Part shown: one piece after another, positions 42,845-61,876 of the stretch
Numbering within the stretch: position 1 is the first letter of the stretch
Layout: the number at the start of each line of letters is the position of its first letter
Source of the DNA: the human T2T-CHM13v2.0 reference genome, Homo sapiens
DNA: 64,000 bases
Assembly (NCBI RefSeq): GCF_009914755.1
Contig: NC_060935.1
Reading direction: 5' to 3' (one strand)
Notes under the pieces: generated by a model
The model's database searches: none
What the model was told of the DNA's origin: nothing
What the model saw: only the letters and a program-made list of their open reading frames with translations
Position numbers and translations under genes: made by a program

Positions 42845-44800
42845 ATTTTTATTAAACAATGAGCTCAGTACCCAGTGTGCACAGAAGCCATCACTATGAC
42901 ACTGGCTTTTGAGAAAAGAAAGACTTTATTACAAAGCCATCAATCAAGGAGATAGGAGGTGTGGCTAAAATCTGTCTTCCTGATTTGGGGTCTGGGCATG
43001 TTTTAAGGGATCAAAGGGTTTGGGGAATATTAGGAATGTTGGCTTGGCAGGGTCTGAGTGAAAGGCTTCAAATCTGACCATATATGGTAAGGTATGTTGA
43101 GGCAGATTTTAGCCCAAGCTTTCTGGCCAATGGACCCCTTGCTTCTTAAAGGCTTCCAGTATTCAGGTTCTGGTCATGTCCTGGTCTTTGTTCCACAGAG
43201 AGGAAACACTGGTTCCTGGTGTTGTTAGAGGTCACAGCTTTTTTTTTTTTTTTTTTTTTTTTTTCTCAGTTGTGCATGCCTCCTCTGTATGACTTGCAGT
43301 TTGGGCTCTGTCATACCTACAAGATAACCTGACCTTCTGTTATCAATGGAGTAGGGCCAGTATGGGCTGGTTACAAATCCTTCATTTTTTAATTCATTCC
43401 TTAATCTTGAGGGATTTGGGCAACAACCACTGTAGTTATTTCCTGCTGAAAGGAGGTGTGGGTCTGGGTCTAAGGAATGAAATTGTTTGCATATAATTGT
43501 AAATACTCATAGATCCCAGGTTATAGTCAAACAGATGGGTCAGATAACTCTTTTGCATATCATGCGATATGGTTTGGCTCTGTGTCTCCACTCAAATCTC
43601 ATCTCGAATTGTAATCCCCACATGTAAGGGGAGGAAAGTGATTGGGTCACGGGGGCAGTTTCCCCCGCACTGTTCTAGTGATAGCGAGTGAATTCTTATG
43701 AGATCTGATGAGAAAATGGCAGTTTTTTTCCTGTGTTCTCACTTATCTCTCTGTGTTGCCTGCTGCCATGTAAGACATGACTACTTCCCCTTCCACAATG
43801 ATTGTAAGTTTTCTGAAGCCTCCTCAGCCATGTGGAACTATGAGTCAATTAAATCTCCTTTGTTTATAAATTACCCAGTCTTGAGTACAATCTTCATAGC
43901 AGTGTGTGAAAATGAACTAATAGATCATATAATCATTCCATTAGCAGAGGAAATTGATTTAAAAGTACAAGATAGACAGCAGCTACAGACCTGAAGGAAA
44001 AGAAATCCCAATACACATAGAATTGTAATTCCTAGTTTAAGTAGACTCTCTCTATCCAGGTTTGTTATGGGACACTTCCTGGAACCAAGCAGCTTCTTGT
44101 CTAATTTTATCTAGATGGGTCTCAACTTCTGCAGAAGTATTAATGTAAACACAGCATGATGTATTAGCCATAACACAAATACTTCCTTGTTCAGCCAGGG
44201 TATAGTCTAGAGCAATTCAATTATCTAGTACTGCTCAAGCCAAAGAATCTATCACTCTCTGTTGAGCCACTATGACCAATGCAGTCACATTGGCAAACCT
44301 TCTTAGGGTGATGGAAAGGTTCCTAATCATATGTTCATGCATGGCAAGTCCCCACAAGATAATTCACCACAGGACAAGATAATTCACCCAATGAAATATC
44401 CTACACCATATGGTAGGCTGCCTGATAAATATTTATCTTGGAAAAGACCTAATATCAATCTTTTTGTTCTAGCAAAAACTTCTAAAAAGCTGGTTCTTTG
44501 CCAGGCATCACTAGAGTTATGGACACAGAAATGAGCAACTAAACGCCCAAGAAAACAAGTACTTCCTATGCACCAGCTGTCTATGCATTTATAGGTTCAT
44601 GGTTGGCCATTTGCCCCACAGACAAAGGTGTATCCTAAAGGTGGACCCAGAACACTGGATATGTTTTTAAATTTAGGTTTTCTGACTCCAGGATTACAGA
44701 ACATATACAGCTGGTAGATGATAAATTGGTACAAGACTATTTTGAATCCGATTTGTAAATTATAATCTGGAAATCTTATAGCTTAGTTTGAATTTGTTGA
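42845..44800 (-). mobile_element. ERV1 3' LTR (~42845-43375) plus env remnant
   Basis: Minus strand 44100-44335 translates ...VLDN*IALDYTLAEQGSICVMANTSCCVYINTS (immunosuppressive domain plus CX6CC). Confidence 0.75.
43565..43924 (+). mobile_element. MSTA/THE1-family LTR nested in the ERV
   Basis: gatatggtttggctctgtgtctccactcaaatctc...aaatgaactaata. Confidence 0.88.
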
Positions 44801-47134
44801 CTGCTCCTCTCACGGATACACTATATAATAATCTTCACTTCATATTGCACCTGTCCTGATGTTTTATAACAAATATTTTAAGTAACATTTTTGGAATGTT
44901 TAACATGTGCCAGGCATTGCTCTAAGTTTTTATTTATATTTTCTCATTCATTTGATCCTTTCAATAAATAATACTTCATTTTGTACATAAAGAAGCTATG
45001 AGCACAGTGATGTTAAATAATTTGCCCAACTTTATAGTTGATAAAAGGAAGATCTGGGATCTTCATCCAGGGAGTTTAGCTCCATCCTAATCACTGTAAT
45101 ATGCTGCCCCATGCCCTCAGTGTTTATATCATATTACTGGTATGTTTTATTTTTATATTAATAGGTGATCACTAGAATGTAAGCCCTGCAAGCGATCTAT
45201 ATTTTGTTCAGTATGTATCCAAAATGCCCAGAACAGTGCTTGGCAATCAGTTAATATTTATTGCTGTTATTGAAACAAGCAAATTGTTGAGAATTTGGTA
45301 CATGTGTTTGATATTGCCAGCATGCAGAAAGGACATAAAAATGTCATGTCAATAAGCAGAATAATCATGGCTCATTTCAATGTCACTACTTCCAGTCCCT
45401 AGAATTTTCCTCAAGAAAATAAATTTTAAAAAAGAAATAACAGAGGATTGAATAAAAAGAAAGAAAAGAAACATTATTATACATAATAATATTTTATTGC
45501 ATAATTCAAAATAGCTAGAAGAGAGGCATTGTAATGTTCCCAACACAAAGAAAAGATGAATGTTTGAAGTGATGGATATCCGAATTATTGTCATTTGATG
45601 ATTTCACATTGTATACATTTACCAAATATCACATGTGCCCCCAAAATATATACATTAAATAAAGGTTGTATAAGTGGGCTACATTAGTCTAATTGAATAC
45701 TTGTCACTAATGATACATATGTATCTCTCTCTCTTCCCACTATCCCATCTCCATGGCCTCTAACTGATGGACACTCAATCTTAACTTCCACAATCAAACA
45801 TAAGATTTCTTTATAGTAAGGTGATCATGGGGATGAAATTTCACCCAACTTTAGAAAGGTAATACCAGTCTCACTTTCCTGGGGTGGCAGTGAGAAAAAG
45901 TCCTACCAACAGCTAGTCTTTCTCTTAATAACTTCCCCAGGTGTCATATACATCTAATGTCACATATTTTTCATACATGTTAATGTGATTATTAAGCAGA
46001 TCAAAGGGCTAGCCATAAAATAATCACTTCAAAATACCTCTGAGAGACAAAGGACACACTCTGGCTACTAAATGAAGAGGTCATAGAAAAACAGGGAAAA
46101 ATTATACTACCCAAAAGATAATACCATATCTCATCAAAACTGGCAAAATCTACCCATTATCAACAATCCACATGTAAGACATGAGTTCCAAGAGAGGCAC
46201 CAGGGCAGCATGCAGCTGAATAAAAAGTGTCACGGAGATCTAGAGGTATAGGAAATTGAACAAAATCAGAGACCACTACAGGAAGATTTGGCCATACCAT
46301 GTCTGCTAGATTGGAAGGAGAATTCAAGTGCAGGGACCAAGGAAGACCTATTGACCATTCACACTGCTTCCCCAGAGCCCAAATATCATCCACTCCTTTC
46401 CTGTTTATTAAAATTCATCCTTTCTCTCTGTCCACCATACACTCCTCCACTCGCATGCACATTCCACACAACACTGTCTTATGTTCAGGGCTAGCTTCAC
46501 AGAGAAACACAGTTTCATTGGTTCTGGTCACAGGGCATGAGAATATGATGCAGAGCATGACTTACACCCTGTACACATTTGTTGGCTCTGTCTGCATGGT
46601 AATATAGGGGGAAGCCAAGTTTGTCCAGAATCTGGAACTGGGACCAGATAAGATAGGACATGAGGCCCTGGCCCCGGGACTCAGGCATGATGGCTGCCAT
46701 CCACAGCTCTCCAGTATGGTCCATTACAAACCAGGACACCGTGGTCCTTTCAGGCCCCAGCAGACAGCAGAATGGGAGGTTCTGAATACAGCACTCAATG
46801 AATCTCTGGTTCCTCTCATTGCCACCAAAATGCCAGAATTTATTCATCAAGGAAGCATGGGTGGTTTTCAGAGATGAGAGTTTAAACATCTCTTGGTTAC
46901 TATTGATAGAAGGGGAAAAGAAAAGCCCAAAATATCACACATACTGTGATGGATATTTGTATTCCCTTAAATTGTCTTGAAAGGCAAATAGGAACACAGA
47001 TAAGGGTATAGTCTCTGCAGCCAGACTGCCTGGGTTCATAATATGACTGTCTGTGTGATCTTGAACAGGTAACTTAGAATCTCTCTGCCACCATTTCTTC
47101 TGACATAACATGGATATATTAATAACAACTCCAT

Positions 47135-53508
<6,374 letters not shown>

Positions 53509-54309
53509 ACTCCATCAAAGACAGACATGGATATTATAAGAACTACTGCATGACAAGGAGCTATAACAGTGCCATAAAAATTAAAATTTTATAAAAGTTA
53601 AATATTGTTCTTCTTGATGTTTCTGTGGCCTGCTGTGTAAGATGGGACAGATGATATCAGCCCCATTTTATAGATGAAAAAAATGGGTAAACAGAAAATA
53701 AATGATTCCTCAAAGTACATGCTAATAGGCAGTAAAGCCAGAGCTTAGAATCATGAAATCTTAGAATGTTGGTGTCAGAGCATCCTTGGCCACTGTGTTA
53801 AACAAATGGGAAAGCTGAAGTATAGAGAGAGGCAACGATATGGAATGCAGATGACCCGTGTTAAAGAGGACTGAAGTCTGAAGGCTCCTGAAGTGGTGTA
53901 AAGGGGATTGGGAGTAGGATTGGGAGTCTTTCTGAAAAGAGCCCAAACTGTGGAACTGGATCTAGACTCAGGCCCCAGTTACACCCTTAATCAAGTATGT
54001 GGTTATCAAACCACTTCATCATCAGAGTCTGCTTTCTGTCAGGAAATGGAGAGAATGTCTCCTATCCTATCTATCTCATAGGATGGACAAGAGGATACAG
54101 TGATTCTGGATGTAGAGGTGCTTTTCGGGCTGTAAGGTGCTTTACAAAGTGAATAAAGCTCTTCCAGGCACATTAACACACAGAGGACCATGAGATTAAT
54201 CATCTCTAAATGAAATCTTTGTCAGCAATTTGAAATTCTACTAAGTATTTGACTATAAATCAATGGGGAAAATATAGAATTGGTTTACATTATTTTTACT
54301 AAAAACACT

Positions 54310-54975
54310 TTTTGTTAAAATGAATGTATTAAGTGCATACTTATTAGGCACATACTATGTGTGAGGCACGGTTCTGGCTATGAGGATCTATCGGTAAACA
54401 GTATAGAGAGGATCTCTGCTCTCATGGGACTTGAAATATTGTGGAGGAGAATTTACACAACACACAGGTAGATAAATACACAAGTAAGCTGATTTCAGTA
54501 ATTATAAGTGCAATAAAGAAAATAAAAATTGGGTTTTATAATGGCGAATTATGGGAGGGGTAGTTTTAGATAGGGTGCTCTGAAAAGAAGTGTCAAAGGA
54601 AATGATATTTTTATGAAAGGCAAAGAGAAAAGAAGATCAGAGGGAATAATTTTATAGGCAGATGAAAAACAAATCCAATGGCTCAAAGGTATGTGTGAGT
54701 GCATGAGAATCAAGTAGTAGAAAGAAGGTTCAAGCTGCTGGTGAGCATGAGCAATAAGGACAAGATGAAGTTCAAGAGGTGATGGGTGCAGTTCTTGTGG
54801 GGCCTTCAAGACCCATAATGGAGTTTGGATTTTATTCAAAGTGAGCTGAGAAACATTGGTGGCTTATAAGCAAGTGAATGACATAATCTACAATACATAC
54901 TAAAGGAATCACCCTGGAAATGGAATTTAGGAAGGCAAGAGTGAACACAGGAAGAGAATCTTGGAGGCTACTTTA
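54310..54975 (-). mobile_element. L2 fragment in pseudogene intron 5
   Basis: gtattaagtgcatactta...tgctctcatgggact...gaaggcaagagtgaacacaggaaga...ggaggctact. Confidence 0.7.
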
Positions 54976-56949
54976 GTAGAAAAAGATGTGAGTAGTGCAG
55001 AGCATCTTTTGTTAAACTTACATGGCCTTAAGTATTCCAGATTTATAACATAAGTTCTTTGTCTCTAGCAGAAAGGGAACCAGTTTCTTTGCTGTCTCAG
55101 GCATTTCATAAAGCTGGCATTGTGATCTTTTGACTTTGACCAATTTAGCAGCTACAAGACTTTGTATTACCTCATTCAGTCTGGACTGTGAGCCTAGACA
55201 GGAGTGAAGTAAATGCCCATTTAGAAGCTACAGGAAGTTGCCTGATGGAAGTAGATGGAATTTAGAGTGAGACAGTCTTGCTTTGGATGTTGCCACTAAC
55301 TGTGTGACTATAAGCAAGTGACTCCCTGAGCAAATTTTCTTTTAGGCCAGAGATAGTACTAGAAACCCTGACTGTATCGTTGTGAAATCAAAGGAAAAGT
55401 AGTATTTTTTAAAGAAAAAACAGTTGCCCACCTTGATTGTGCCCATACTACATGCCCAGGTACTGATCTAATACTTTTATTCCTTACATTGACCCTATGC
55501 ATTAGGGTCTTTTACTATCCTCATGTTTATATGTGAGGAAACTGAGTAATAGTTAAGACACTTGCAAAGGATCACAAATGAAGTAAGAAGAAGAGCAAGG
55601 ATGCCACCCTGGGGAGTCTGACTCTAGGAGGTATGCTCATAACTGTAACCATCGTCATCCTTGCTGACCTGGGAGGTGCTGTGTGACACAATGAGCTATG
55701 GTCCTTACTCCAGCACTGGAAGACCAGAGAAGAAGCTCAGCTCTCACATCTAATCTCCCTAAAAGATTCTGAATGTGTCTGCAAACTGTATCATGAGTCC
55801 TCAGCTAACAAGAAATTATATTACTAATAGTTCCTTATATCAACCCCAAAGTTTGCAATATTTGAATCCTGCTCTACTGAAGAGGTGGTGGCAGCTGATA
55901 AAAGGAATGAACATCAAGCTAAGAGTTTGGAGATTGGTAGAAGAAAGTAAAGTTTGTAAGAGAATTCTCTCCAGACGAAAGTGAACCTGCAATGTAGACA
56001 CAGGTAGTCCCAGAAACCAGAATATATCTTAGTCATCTTACTTTGGATCTGCAAATGTTGTTTCCAGTTGATGATACCTGACATGTCAAGGCATTCTTGA
56101 CAGTTCTCGGGATCTTTAGAATAGATATGGTAGCTGTTGGTGTAGTGATCAAAGTCATCTGTCATCTCCTGTTTGGGCAACATGGAATAAATCAAATTGC
56201 TTATACCAAATTGCTTATACCAAGTGATTGCAATATTTGTATTCAGTATTTTATTATACTTTGCTATTTGCAAACTTAAATATCAATTTTTGATGTGCAA
56301 TCATTATTTCTGAATTATGTATGTCATGAAACTAAGTTGGGAGATCGATTATTCAACTTATGTGGAAAAAAATCCTGCTGAGTCAAATATTTATAAGTTG
56401 GATTACAATTTTAGGTCAACTAAATGTGCACTGGCTTACAAAACGTTCTCTAATTCTGTAATCTTCAGGACAAAGAAAAGTATTATTGTCAAAGTCATGC
56501 TTCTGTTGCAAGAATAAATTTTGCTCTATTTCAAAGAGTTTCAGAACAAATGTATTATTAATGTGACAATATCAAAATTTTCATCTATATGTGATAAAGC
56601 TATACAAAAATGAATACACATGATGTCTTTAAAACGTAGACTATGATGCACTATTGTTAAAAAAAATTACATATCCAACAAAATCAAAACATAAAATTTG
56701 TTCAAAAAGGTCTTCTCAAAGTTAACAAATATAAGGTAGGATGATTTGAAGATGAAAGAAGACCCAGAGGACAACTACCCAGATAGGGTAGAATAGTGGA
56801 AAAATTTTGCACAGATAGGCACTCACGACTCAGCAAGAATACCAGTAACAATTTGTGTTTGTTAAGATCTAATATTATTCCATTTCTAGATTTTAATAAT
56901 TAATTTGAAATATTTCATTTTTATATTGTTTTATTTGGTGATTTTTTAA

Positions 56950-58396
56950 AAAATAAATTTTATATATATTTAAGGTATATAACATGATATGGGACATATG
57001 TGGATAGTAAAATGGTTATTATAGTGAAGTAAATTAATATATCCATCATCTCACATAGTTAACTTTTGTTCTGTTTTGTTTTTGCGGCGAGAGCAGCTAA
57101 AATCTAGTCATTGAGCAGGAATCCCAAATACAGCACAATTTTATTATGTATAGTCTTCATTAGACTTCTAGACGTATTTATCCTACATATCTGATACTAT
57201 GTATCCTTTGACCCAGATTTCTCACATTTCTTCTCCCCTCCCCTACCCCTGGTAACCACTGTGTTATTCTCTATCTCTGTATATTTGACATTTTTTAAAA
57301 AAAGATTTTACATATAAGTGATATCACACACTATTTTTCTTTCTGTGTCTGGCTTATTTCACTTAGCATAATGTTCCCCGGTTTCATTTATATTGTGGCA
57401 AATGGTAACATCTCTCTTTTTAAGGCTGAAATAATATTCTATTTTTTTATACATATACCACAGTTTCTTTATCCATTCATCCATTGATGGATACTCAGAT
57501 TGTTTCCATATCGTGGCTATTTTTAATAATGCTGCAATAAATATGGGAGTGCAGATATCATTTCTAAGTAATGATTTCATTTTCTTTGCATATATATCCA
57601 GAAGAGGGATTGTTGGGTCATGTGGTATTTCTGTTTCTACTTTCTTTAGAAACTTCCATACTGTCTTACATAATGACTGCCCCACATACATTTGTTCCAA
57701 CAAAGCTTCCATTTTCTTCACGCTCTCATTAAACTGTATCTTTGACTTTTTGATAATAGCCACCCTAATAGCTATGAAGTAGTATCTCATAGTAGGGTTA
57801 ATTTTCATTGCTTTGAAGATTAATAATGTTGTGTACCTTTTCATATACTTCTTGGCAATTTTTATGTCTTCTTTGGAGAAATGTCTGTTCAGGTCCTTTT
57901 TATATTTCTTGTTTGCTTTTTTTTTTACTACTAAGTTTTAAGATCATATGAGTACTTCATAACTTTTGGATATTAACCCCATATTAGATTTATAATTTGC
58001 AAATATTTTTCCCAATTCATAGGCTGCGGTCTCATTTTGATGATTGTTGCAAATGCTGTGCAGATTTTCAGTTCAATATAGTCCCATTTAGTTAAATTTT
58101 GCTTTTGTAGCCTAAACTTTTGGTGTGATATTCAAAATATCCTTGCCAAAGCCAATGTCCAGGAGGTTTTCTCCTGTGTTCTTTTCTAATAATTTTATAG
58201 TTTCAGGTATTAAATTTATATATTTAATTCATTTGAGTTGATTTCTGTATATGGTGTAAGATAAGCATCCAATTTTGTTCTTTGGGGTGTGAAAATCCAG
58301 AGTTCTCTCAATGCCATTCATTGAAGAGACTATTTTTTTTCTCTTTGTGTCCTCTTAGTATCCTGGTCAAAAATTTGTTGACAGTATATGTTTGGA
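56950..58396 (-). mobile_element. L1MA9/10-like 3' 1.4 kb occupying the place of pseudogene exon 3
   Basis: ORF2 C-terminal ORF 57359..57844 (CTPIFIAAL...[11 protein letters not shown]) plus L1MA 3'UTR. Confidence 0.88.
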
Positions 58397-59531
58397 ATTC
58401 AGAATAGGTGCTCAGTGAATGCTTGTTCTCTTTCCCACATTTTTAATAGGTAGTTATTAGTCCTTTGTTCCCTAAAATTGTTCCACTCTCATCTTTAGGG
58501 ATTCAGGGAGGCACTTCCTCATGGATTTCTCTAGCATCTGCAGTACATGGGGACTCTGCAAATGGAACATCTTGGCAGGTACCTTAACTAAACAGAGGAT
58601 CAAAAAACATCAAGGAATGAGAAGAGCTGGAAGATACACAGGCACAATAGGCAGTTCTAGTGAATGGCCTGGCCTCCATTCCTACTATTTTATTGGTGCC
58701 CTATTCACTAAACTTCTCACAAACTCCAAGAAAAAATAAGACTGGTGGAAAGTACAGGTACCTCTTTCATAAATTATTTTAATATCATTTTTAAAACTTT
58801 TAAAAATACTTACAAAATGTTTATATTGCCCAGAATTCCAATAATCAAGGGTGTACTGAGATTAACAAATACATTCTCTATGCACAAGCATCTTTTGAAT
58901 TAGGTTTCCATCCAAGACAAGTCTGACTGTGCCACTTAGAAGCTGTATGACACTGAGCAATTACTTACTTCCTCAGTGCCTTGGTTTCCTCATCTATAAA
59001 TGGCAATGACTTTAGTATCTGTTGCATAGAGTAGTTGAGACAATTAAATAAATCAAGACCTACAAGGTGCTTGGAATAGCATCTGGGACATAGTAAGCAT
59101 CCCATGAGTGATTATGATTATTAATACTCTTTATATTATTGTCATTGGGAAAAGCAGCAGCTAACCCACACCCAAAAAGTCTATTGGGTGACTTTTCTTC
59201 TGCACAACAATTTGTTGTAGATTTGAAACAAACTGAAAAATATTAAGTAAGAGTAATCTTTGCAATCTGGCATGTGGTAAAGGAGCTAATGTTTCAAGTA
59301 TTCAGTAGAATGCCTGGCTTGAGTAGTACTCAATATGTGTCAGCTGTTTTAATTATTGTTAGCATTATCCCTTAAATAAATCATATATTTTATTGCTACT
59401 AGACTCCCATCCTGCAAAAAAGAAAAACAAAAAAACTTTTCTGATGAGTCCTTATATAGAAGACATTAAAATGATGTAACGCAAAATTTTCAAATTTGAT
59501 TATGTGTTAGAACAATCTGAGGATTAAAATA

Positions 59532-59670
59532 TGTGTATTTGTGTGTGTGTGTGTATATATATATACACACACACATATATGTATATATTTACATATATTT
59601 TATAGTTTACATGTATATATATATGTGTGTATATATATATATACACACACACATATATATATGTATATAT
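59532..59670. repeat. (TG)/(TA)/(CA) compound microsatellite
   Basis: Direct reading. Confidence 0.95.
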
Positions 59671-59959
59671 TTTAACCCTGCTTCTACTATTCTTTATTTA
59701 GAAGACTTGGTGAGAGGGTATGCAGTCTATAAATCTGTATTCTAAAAAAGCTCTGCAATTTTTTGTGTTATTGTTCAGATTTTTGAGTCATAATTTAGAT
59801 ACAATAAAATTCACTAATTTTAAGTGGATAATTTTATGCAATTTGATAAATGCATATATTTGTGTAACTAGCACCAAAATTATCATATAGACCATTTCCA
59901 ACGCTCCAAAAACTGTGTGTCCCTTTGTAATCAATCCCCTTTTCTGACATCCAGCCCCG

Positions 59960-60650
59960 TCTGACTTAGGGCTCACAGACGTCCTCCTTGTTTACTTATG
60001 ACAAGACCAGGCACAGAAGCTCCAAAATCCCAATTTTGCTTCATAAATGATTAGCTGAACTGCTTATCGCCACTGACAAATGAGAAGTTAAGAAATGTTA
60101 ACTAAGTTTTGTTTAATTTGGTCAATTTTCTCTTCTTCCCCAAGGCCAAGTCAGCATAGAACACTTCCTTAAGAGCCCCTACCAAGAATAGATTGAACTC
60201 AGGATAAAATATTCATCCCACATCCTCACATGGTGTTCTCCGTAGCCCTGTTTATTCCTCCCTTATAAATGATTAACTAAATTGTTCATCTTCACTGATC
60301 CATAAGAACAAAGTGCTTGTTAACCAACTTGACCAAACTTTAGTTAACCTTCTGTCCTCCCTATGGGACCCTGAACTTTGACCCACCCTCAGCCAGAGCC
60401 AGAGCCAACAATAGCATGCAGAAAGAGCCTCCTTACTCCAAACAAAAGACACTCCATAGACCTTGCTTACTCTTCACCATATAAGAACAGTTCTTTTCTT
60501 CCTGACCTTTTAGATGTTTGATCTTATGGTCTGAGTTCTCCCTATTGAAATTGTCTCCCTCTTCCTATCGCAGAAGTCTTTTTCTCCCCTCTTGCAACAC
60601 TCCTTTAAATAAAATTTCTCCTTACCTAAATCTGAAGTTGTTTTTATTTA
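59960..60650 (+). mobile_element. MER31-like ERV1 LTR with an internal duplication
   Basis: cataaatgattagctgaactgctt (repeated near 60265), ctgaactttgacccaccctcagcc, aataaaatttctccttacctaa. Confidence 0.65.
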
Positions 60651-60959
60651 AAAATACTTTGGTATAGCTTTGTTATAAGTTAAATTGACCTTTGTGACAA
60701 ACCTGGAAACCTGAGTATCAATCTATTTACTCATGCAATCATATAATAAGTCTTGACTGAGAACTTACTGTGGTGACTTTGTAAGATGTCACCTTGCCAA
60801 GACTGAACAACATTTCCTGAAATTCTCTTCCCTGCACACTTCCAGTTAGGGTGGGCCACAGGAGAGATTTTTATGGGAGATTTGGAGGGCAAAATTGAAG
60901 AAGCAGCCATTTTTTTTATAACTCACTTCTTGACATCAAGCAGTGACTGGGCTGGTAGG

Positions 60960-61876
60960 TGCTTTGGCCAATTTCTCCTGTTCGGAATGGCTGTACCCCC
61001 ATTGTATCTACAAAGTAACTAGCTTGCTTTTGATTTTACAAGCTCCCATAGGCAGAAGGGACCTGCCTTGCTTCAGATAAAACTCTGGACTGTGGACTTT
61101 TGAATTAAGGCTGAAATGAGTTAAGACTTTGGGGGACTGTTAGGAAGGCATGATTGGTTTTGAAATGTGAGGACATGAGATTTTAAAGGGGCTAGGGATG
61201 GAACAATATGGTTTGGCTGTGTCCCCACCCAAATCTCATCTTGAATTGTAACTTCCATAATTACCATGTGTTGTGGGAGAGATCCAGAGGGAGACAATTG
61301 AATCATGAGGGCGGTTCCCTCCATATTGTTCTCCTGGTAGTGAATAAATCTCACAAGATCTGATGGTTTTAAAAGGGAAACCTCTTTCACTTGGCTCTCT
61401 TATTCTCTCTTGTCTGCCACCATGTAAGACATGCCTTTTGGCTGTGAGTGGTGGCTCACACCTGTTATCCCAGCACTTTGGGAGGCTGAGGTGGGCGGAC
61501 CACAAGGTCAGGAGATCGAGACCATCCTGGCTAACACAGTGAAACTCCGTCTCTACTAAAAAAAAATTTAAAAAAACTAGCCGGGCGTGGTGGCAAGCAC
61601 CTGTAGTCCCAACTACTAAGGAAGCTGAGGCAGGAGAATGGCGTGAACCCGGGAGGCGGAGCTTGCAAGTGAGCCAAGATCGTGCCACTGCACTCCAGCC
61701 TGGGCAACAGAGTGAGACTCCATCTCAAAAAACAAAAACAAAAACAAAAGACATGCCTTTCACCTTCTGCCATGATTGTGAGGCCTCCCCAACCAAATGG
61801 AATTGTGAGTCCACTAAACCTCTTTTTAAAAATAAATTACCCAGTCCTGTGCATGTCTTTAGAATAGAGTAACACA
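60960..61876 (+). mobile_element. THE1 internal 3' end plus THE1 LTR (61205-61876)
   Basis: taccccattgtatcta...ggactgtggacttttga...atatggtttggctgtgtccccacccaaatctc. Confidence 0.88.
61440..61747 (+). mobile_element. AluY inserted in the THE1 LTR
   Basis: gagatcgagaccatcctggctaacac, gaatggcgtgaacccgggaggcggagcttgca; 13-bp TSD aagacatgccttt. Confidence 0.93.

Larger units (their letters stand above)
36175..42845 (+). mobile_element. Old L1M element (5'UTR, ORF1, start of ORF2) interrupted by an ERV1 provirus
   Basis: ORF1-like CEFKRAVLKKLSDLQD resumes after 41333; ORF2 start ataataacattaaatgtaaatggcctcaattcccca. Confidence 0.75.

Noticed and set aside
44356-44390. Short tandem duplications (caagataattcacc here; aaattgcttatacc near 56194-56221)
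   Set aside because: Ordinary slippage duplications with no sign of function
55914-56273. 119-aa ORF as a standalone gene
   Set aside because: It is pseudogene exon 4 plus flanking intron in frame
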